From the NCBI GenBank assembly GCA_020832825.1, contig JAJHRL010000002.1, positions 1 through 58,581 of the forward strand: a stretch of DNA of 58,581 nucleotides, given 5' to 3'. Positions 54,081 to 58,581 of the stretch are shown in pieces; positions within the stretch are counted from its first letter, which is position 1; each line of letters begins with the position of its first letter. Origin of the DNA: Candidatus Aenigmatarchaeota archaeon (GTDB lineage Archaea; Aenigmatarchaeota; Aenigmatarchaeia; CG10238-14; SpSt-28). A program made the translations under genes and the position numbers. Below the pieces are notes generated by a model. The model did not search any database. It saw only the letters and a list, made by a program, of their open reading frames with translations, and had not been told where the DNA came from.

Positions 54081-54643
54081 TAGATTTCACCTCTTTCCAT
54101 TAATTCTCTCAATGATGGCCATTTCTTGTCTTTTTCTGAGAGTATGGGGTTTTTAATGGGCCACTTTATTTTTAAGGTTTCATCATTCCAAATTATCCCA
54201 CCTTCTGATTGTGGAGCGTATACATTATCTACGACATAAACAACTTCTGCAACTTCGCTTAAAACTTCAAACCCATGCGCAAAACCACGGGGAATAAAAA
54301 GCATCTCTTTATTGAATTCTGACAAGATAACACTTACATGTTTTCCGAATGTAGGTGAATTTTTTCTTAAATCTACTGCTACATCAAAAATAACACCTCT
54401 AATACATCTAACTAATTTTGCTTGTGAATATGGCTCTTTTTGGAAATGTAACCCTCTCAAAACCCCATAGATAGATTTAGAGTGGTTCTCTTGTATAAAC
54501 TCAGTTTTAATACCAGCTTTCTCAAAATCCTCTTTTTTGTAAGTTTCCATGAAAAACCCTCGCTGATCTTCAAAAACTTTAGGTTTTATTAGGATAACAT
54601 CTGGAATTTCCAATCTTTCGAATTCGAACGGCATAAAAATCAT
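54080..54643 (-). CDS. rfbC: dTDP-4-dehydrorhamnose 3,5-epimerase
   Basis: FEDQRGFFMETY, VLRGLHFQ, KLVRCIRGVIFDVAVDLR, and IPRGFAHGF. Probable true start is the second ATG at 54634. Confidence 0.9.
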   Translation of the reverse strand: MIFMPFEFERLEIPDVILIKPKVFEDQRGFFMETYKKEDFEKAGIKTEFIQENHSKSIYGVLRGLHFQKEPYSQAKLVRCIRGVIFDVAVDLRKNSPTFGKHVSVILSEFNKEMLFIPRGFAHGFEVLSEVAEVVYVVDNVYAPQSEGGIIWNDETLKIKWPIKNPILSEKDKKWPSLRELMERGEI

Positions 54644-54657
54644 TTAATCATCAGATA

Positions 54658-54671
54658 TTTAAATATTTAAA
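54658..54671. promoter_or_regulatory. Palindromic double TATA element TTTAAATATTTAAA in the rfbC / rfbA divergent spacer
   Basis: Perfect 14-bp palindrome. Flanked by mirrored coding starts CATAAAAATCAT (54632-54643) and ATGATTTTCATG (54679-54690). Confidence 0.5.
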
Positions 54672-54678
54672 TCATCAA

Positions 54679-55449
54679 ATGATTTTCATGAAGGGAGTAA
54701 TTTTAGCCGGCGGTCTTGGCACAAGGTTAAGGCCGCTAACAGAAGTTACAAACAAGCACTTGCTACCAGTTTTCGATCAACCAATGATTGTTCATCCTCT
54801 GAATACTTTAAAACAAATAGGAATTACAGACATTTGCATAGTCACTGGCGGAGAATATATGGCAGATTTCATGCGTTTCTTGGGAAGCGGAGCTAAATTT
54901 GGAGTGAGATTAACTTACAAAATACAAGACGGTCCCCTGGGGATAGCTCATGCATTACTTCAAGCAGAAGATTTTTTTGGTAAAGAAAAAGTTGTTGCAA
55001 TCTTAGGAGATAACATTTTTGAAAAAGTTGAGGTACCAAAAGAAGCCTTTGAAGACGAATATGCTTATGTTTTTCTCAAAAAAGTCTCTCATCCAGAAAG
55101 GTTTGGAGTTGCTGTTTTTGACGATAAAGGAAATATTGTTGAAATAGAAGAAAAGCCAAAGATTCCGAAATCAAATTTTGTTGTTACTGGTTTATACATT
55201 TATCCAAACGATGTTTTCGATTTCATCAAAACTTTAAAACCAAGTCAAAGAGGAGAACTTGAAATTACAGATGTTAACAATTGGTATTTGAAGCAAGGAA
55301 GATTGAAAGCGATAAAATTGGAAGGATACTGGAGTGATGCAGGCACATTTTCTTCTTGGCTTAAAGCAAATATCTTAAGAGCATCTTTAGTAAATCCGCA
55401 AATTTTAAACCATGTTAATTTGAAAGAATTGATAGAAGATTTGTTTTAA
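54679..55449 (+). CDS. rfbA: Glucose-1-phosphate thymidylyltransferase-like sugar nucleotidyltransferase
   Basis: MKGVILAGGLGTRLRPLT signature. The start is more likely the ATG at 54688. Confidence 0.85.
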   Translation: MIFMKGVILAGGLGTRLRPLTEVTNKHLLPVFDQPMIVHPLNTLKQIGITDICIVTGGEYMADFMRFLGSGAKFGVRLTYKIQDGPLGIAHALLQAEDFFGKEKVVAILGDNIFEKVEVPKEAFEDEYAYVFLKKVSHPERFGVAVFDDKGNIVEIEEKPKIPKSNFVVTGLYIYPNDVFDFIKTLKPSQRGELEITDVNNWYLKQGRLKAIKLEGYWSDAGTFSSWLKANILRASLVNPQILNHVNLKELIEDLF

Positions 55450-55458
55450 TTTAAAAAT

Positions 55459-56718
55459 TTAATGCTTAGAAAAGCCATAAAAAGCTAATTCAAAAAATGG
55501 TATAATCTCTATCTGAACATTCCCAAGACTTTTTACTTCCTTATACTTTCCTTCATATAGCAAAATTGCTTTATTTAGGTTTATTCTTCTTAAAACTTTT
55601 GCAAATTCATCGATTTCGCATTTAACCTTAGCTTCAACAGGAATTATTTCTCTATTTTTCAAAATAAAATCAATTTCTTTATTACCCTTTCTCCAGTAAA
55701 ACTTCGCGTCTAGCAAAGAAGAAGCCACACATTCCAATAGTTTTCCCCTCTCTATTTCCCTGTACAACCCAAACATTAAAGACCAGTGGTAAGGATAAAT
55801 TTTCTGAAGTTTTCTGCTTGCCATTAACATAGAAATTCTAAAGTTTTTCAAGCTTCTTATTAAATAAGAGAATTTGAGATAAAACAAATGCTTTTGTAAA
55901 GTTTTTTTTGCTACATGCAAATTTTTTGCTAGATTATCAAGATTTAAAATCATGCCAGGATTTTGGTAGAATATTTCTATTAAATTAAAAAGCAAATCTT
56001 CATTCGCATTTTTAAATTTTTTTGGTAAATCCTGGTAAATTATCTTGCCAATAACATTTTCTTTCAAATACTCCATTATCCTTTTCTCATTATTTTCAAA
56101 AACTATTTCTGGAAAAGGTTTTTTCAAGTATTCTGAAAAAGCAAGGAAAAGTTCCTCTCTCCATATTTCAAAATTCTCGACCTTTTTACCAGTTTTAAGT
56201 TCAAAAAACTCTTTCAAAGAGAGAGGCTCAATTTTTAAAAGATAGTGCCTTCCTACGAGGTTCGAATATGCTTCTTTTTCCAATTCTACAGAGCTTGAGC
56301 CGGATACAAAAAACTTTATGTTTGGAAAGGCATCATAAAGCAGTTTTAGTTTTGAACTCCAACTTTCTAATTTATGGATCTCATCAAAAAACACATATAT
56401 CTTTTCCCTTTTCCAATCGACGCCTGTTATTTTTTGATATTCATCCAAAATTCTCTTCAGCTCTTCTACTTTCTCATCAAATGAAAAATAAAGTATGTGT
56501 TTTGGTTCTATTCTTTTTATCAAGTCTTGTATTAGTTGATAGAAAAGCGTAGTTTTGCCAACTCTTCTCAAACCTGTTAGAACAACTATTTGCCTTACGT
56601 CTACCATCTCTTCAAGCTGCTTAAAGGTGTCTCGTCTGAAGGCTGGAGCAAGTTCTTCTTTAACTTTTTCTGTTATCCACCATTCATTTAGGATTCTTAA
56701 AATTTCTTCAATACTCAT
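55459..56718 (-). CDS. AAA_14 + DUF4143-type ATPase with C-terminal PD-(D/E)XK-like motif (paralog 2)
   Basis: NEWW start, Walker A GLRRVGKTT, Walker B VFFDEI, C-terminal KEIDFILKNREIIPVEAKV (D ... E-x-K). Confidence 0.8.
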   Translation of the reverse strand: MSIEEILRILNEWWITEKVKEELAPAFRRDTFKQLEEMVDVRQIVVLTGLRRVGKTTLFYQLIQDLIKRIEPKHILYFSFDEKVEELKRILDEYQKITGVDWKREKIYVFFDEIHKLESWSSKLKLLYDAFPNIKFFVSGSSSVELEKEAYSNLVGRHYLLKIEPLSLKEFFELKTGKKVENFEIWREELFLAFSEYLKKPFPEIVFENNEKRIMEYLKENVIGKIIYQDLPKKFKNANEDLLFNLIEIFYQNPGMILNLDNLAKNLHVAKKTLQKHLFYLKFSYLIRSLKNFRISMLMASRKLQKIYPYHWSLMFGLYREIERGKLLECVASSLLDAKFYWRKGNKEIDFILKNREIIPVEAKVKCEIDEFAKVLRRINLNKAILLYEGKYKEVKSLGNVQIEIIPFFELAFYGFSKH

Positions 56719-56797
56719 AAGTGTATTTAAGGAAACTTATATTTAAATTTTTAGTTTCCTTTTGGAAACTAATGTTATTGATAATGGAAAGATTAAA

Positions 56798-57130
56798 TTA
56801 CAAAATTTTAAGCCCAAATTCTTCTAATATTTTGAAATGTTTAATGTTTTTCGTAACAAGCACCAAATTATTAGCAATAGCTATAGAAGCTTCTAAAAGG
56901 TTGGTATCTGTAATTAGCATTCCTTTGCTATTTAGTTTTCTGTACATATTTAAGTAGAAACTTTTGTTTGTTTCTTTGAAACACCATATTTTTCTAATGA
57001 CTTCGTTCTTAAAGCTCGTTTTAGTAATTCATATTCTAATTCTAAATTTATTTTTAAGTATCACATACGAGTTTTACCCAACTTCTTCTAAGGAAGCTAT
57101 TGATTTATCCAAAAATAAAAATTTCAGCAT
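56798..57130 (-). pseudogene. PIN-domain (VapC-like) gene with two in-frame stop codons
   Basis: Single 111-codon frame: MLKFLFLDKSIASLEEVG*NSYVILKNKFRIRI*ITKTSFKNEVIRK...GMLITDTNLLEASIAIANNLVLVTKNIKHFKILEEFGLKIL*. TAA at 57074-57076, TGA at 57029-57031. PIN acidic positions LD (N-terminal), E, and D-x4-A-x-A...LvT.N near the C-terminus. Confidence 0.6.
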
Positions 57131-57142
57131 GGAAGAAAATAA

Positions 57143-57751
57143 CTACTCGAAGAATGAGTTTTCTCCTAAGTGAACTAATGAATGTAAATCCCAAATTAAT
57201 GCTCTTAGTATGAAGGGCGCTTCCAGGTCTTTTGAAAGTCTCCATTTAACTATTTCCTTTCTGAATCCCTCTTTTGCTTTTTCAACGCTCTCTAGCGAAG
57301 AATTTCCTTTTATTATGCTTATCGAAATTTTGTTTGTTGCATTAAAAAAACTAGCTGCTTTTTCATCTTCAAGAGGTCTTGTCATTCTTGTTTCATCCAT
57401 ACAAAAAACAAACTTTCTGTTGTATCCGATAAAACATTTACCACCTTTTTCAACTATAGATTTACCAAGAGATTTTGCAGCATCACAAGCAATTGTATAA
57501 ACTATTTTTTCTTTTAGAGCTTCCTCATCACCCTCTTCTACTATTTTTTCATCGTTATAACCATAAATTGTTTTTTCATCACCATGACCATTAAGTATGA
57601 GAAAAGAAGGCCTATGCGAATTAAGAAAATCGAAGAAAGTTTCCCTGTTTGCCTTCTCTCTTTCTAGCTTCAAGACTTTTAACTCCTCTTTTTTCTGCTT
57701 CTTGAAGAATGTACCTGGACCAATGAAAAATGTAAAAAGTTGAATCATCAT
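57143..57751 (-). CDS. Small clan-CD-like (caspase/gingipain-fold) cysteine protease candidate
   Basis: 202 aa. SFLILNGHGDE (strand + His-Gly, His56), then KIVYTIACDAAK (strand + Cys89), then KCFIGY. Order and spacing match the His/Cys dyad of clan CD. By eye only. Confidence 0.4.
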   Translation of the reverse strand: MMIQLFTFFIGPGTFFKKQKKEELKVLKLEREKANRETFFDFLNSHRPSFLILNGHGDEKTIYGYNDEKIVEEGDEEALKEKIVYTIACDAAKSLGKSIVEKGGKCFIGYNRKFVFCMDETRMTRPLEDEKAASFFNATNKISISIIKGNSSLESVEKAKEGFRKEIVKWRLSKDLEAPFILRALIWDLHSLVHLGENSFFE

Positions 57752-57993
57752 GGTCGGGCAATGTTATTAAGAGCTTCTTCATAACTTTCGACCTCTTCTT
57801 TAATTAGTTTCAAATACTCTATTTCCATTCTACCTAAAAGTTCCCCAATTTCGTCCTTTTTTTCTATGTGGTTTAAGATTTCTTCTTTTTTCAACGAACC
57901 AACACCGCCTATAACTAATCTTAAATTGGGTGGCATTCTTTCAAACCTTGCTTTTACCAGCTCCCAAAAAATTTCTGGAATTTCTTCTTTCAT
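57748..57993 (-). CDS. Small hypothetical protein (81 aa), weak paralog of the upstream 61-aa protein
   Basis: ATGA overlaps on both sides. LRLVIGGVGSLKKEEILNHIEKKDEIGELLGRM aligns by eye with LPIVKVNGKFYTWEEVYKEVERKSELARKMIDE. Confidence 0.4.
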   Translation of the reverse strand: MKEEIPEIFWELVKARFERMPPNLRLVIGGVGSLKKEEILNHIEKKDEIGELLGRMEIEYLKLIKEEVESYEEALNNIARP

Positions 57994-58175
57994 ATCAATC
58001 CCATCTTTTTAAGTTCATCTATCATTTTTCTAGCAAGCTCGCTTTTTCTTTCCACTTCTTTATAAACTTCCTCCCACGTATAAAATTTGCCATTAACCTT
58101 TACAATTGGTAGTTTTCTTTCTCCAAAAGGTAAAAGAGAAAAACATTCTTCTAATTTTTTGAACAATCTTCTCAT
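57990..58175 (-). CDS. Small hypothetical protein (61 aa), first gene of the operon
   Basis: ORF with a 4-nt ATGA overlap to the next gene. No recognisable family. Confidence 0.4.
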   Translation of the reverse strand: MRRLFKKLEECFSLLPFGERKLPIVKVNGKFYTWEEVYKEVERKSELARKMIDELKKMGLI

Positions 58176-58430
58176 CTATATCCATAATTTTAAGTTGGAA
58201 CTCATCTTTAAATTCTATAGCAGCGAATTTACGACTTGAAAAAGAATAAGTGCTTACATTAAAAAACTATTAGAACAAGTACTCTCATTGGAGAAAAAGA
58301 AGAGTTGTCGTTGTCTTTACAAGCAGAGCAATAGTTGTAGGAAGAGTGGGAACAAAAATTAAGGATAATTAAATAATGTCTCTGAAGCTAATTACTGAAA
58401 AACTTATAAATAAAATTGCTAATATTATCC

Positions 58431-58581
58431 ATGCTCTCAAAAGAAGACAAAGCATTTGTAATAGGAGTAACAGCTTTGGTAATTTCTGGTCTCATTTTCA
58501 ATCTATACTTTAAAATAAGTTGGTTTCCAACACTGGCGCTTTCATCTGTCGTTGGAGTTATTTTGTATTTTCTATCTTTAA
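58431..58581 (+). CDS. Hypothetical membrane protein, 3' end outside window
   Basis: ATG at 58431. MLSKEDKAFVIGVTALVISGLIFNLYFKISWFPTLALSSVVGVILYFLSL has two hydrophobic helices. The frame is still open at the window edge. Confidence 0.3.
   Translation, partial: MLSKEDKAFVIGVTALVISGLIFNLYFKISWFPTLALSSVVGVILYFLSL

Overview
AT-rich (about one-third G+C by eye), compact archaeal chromosome segment. Gene content points to a reduced, probably thermophilic DPANN/Nanoarchaeota-like archaeon: reverse gyrase, class III RNR, archaeal type II GAPDH, RFC small and large subunits, eL/eS ribosomal proteins, an intron-containing tRNA, and no adk/cmk next to secY. That assignment is inference only. Layout: (1) 1-21.7 kb is an informational core: HerA-like ATPase, RFC, two pieces of the ribosomal-protein super-operon, secY, GluRS, L7Ae-S28e-L24e, S13-S4-S11 and three GC-rich tRNAs, mixed with small metabolic genes. 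(2) 21.7-30.5 kb is an accessory patch of DNA-binding proteins, repeats and a 500-bp non-coding tract. (3) 30.7-36.9 kb holds nrdD-nrdG and reverse gyrase. (4) 37-55.5 kb is a surface/glycosylation island (GPT, flippase, glycosyltransferases, methyltransferases, dTDP-sugar genes). Its downstream 13.4 kb, including a 1457-aa secreted giant protein, is bracketed by two paralogous P-loop + PD-(D/E)XK (AAA_14/DUF4143-type) genes. (5) 56.8-58.2 kb is a translationally coupled operon of two mini-proteins, a minimal His/Cys protease-like protein and a dead PIN gene. Best candidates for something undescribed: (a) a ~2-kb unit at 21690-23710 encoding four tandem XRE-HTH modules plus a nuclease-like domain, split over three frames at A-runs; (b) the mini-protein / clan-CD-like protease / PIN / ATPase-nuclease cluster at 55459-58175; (c) a 1.7-kb segment at 27929-29659 bounded by 16/17-nt direct repeats, carrying a repeat-containing wHTH gene, a CTCACAY motif array and a Cas2-like mini ORF. 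Six or seven accessory genes are visibly inactivated (nonsense, homopolymer or dinucleotide-repeat frameshifts, truncation). No CRISPR array or rRNA was seen. All family calls rest on motifs read by eye; no database search was possible.
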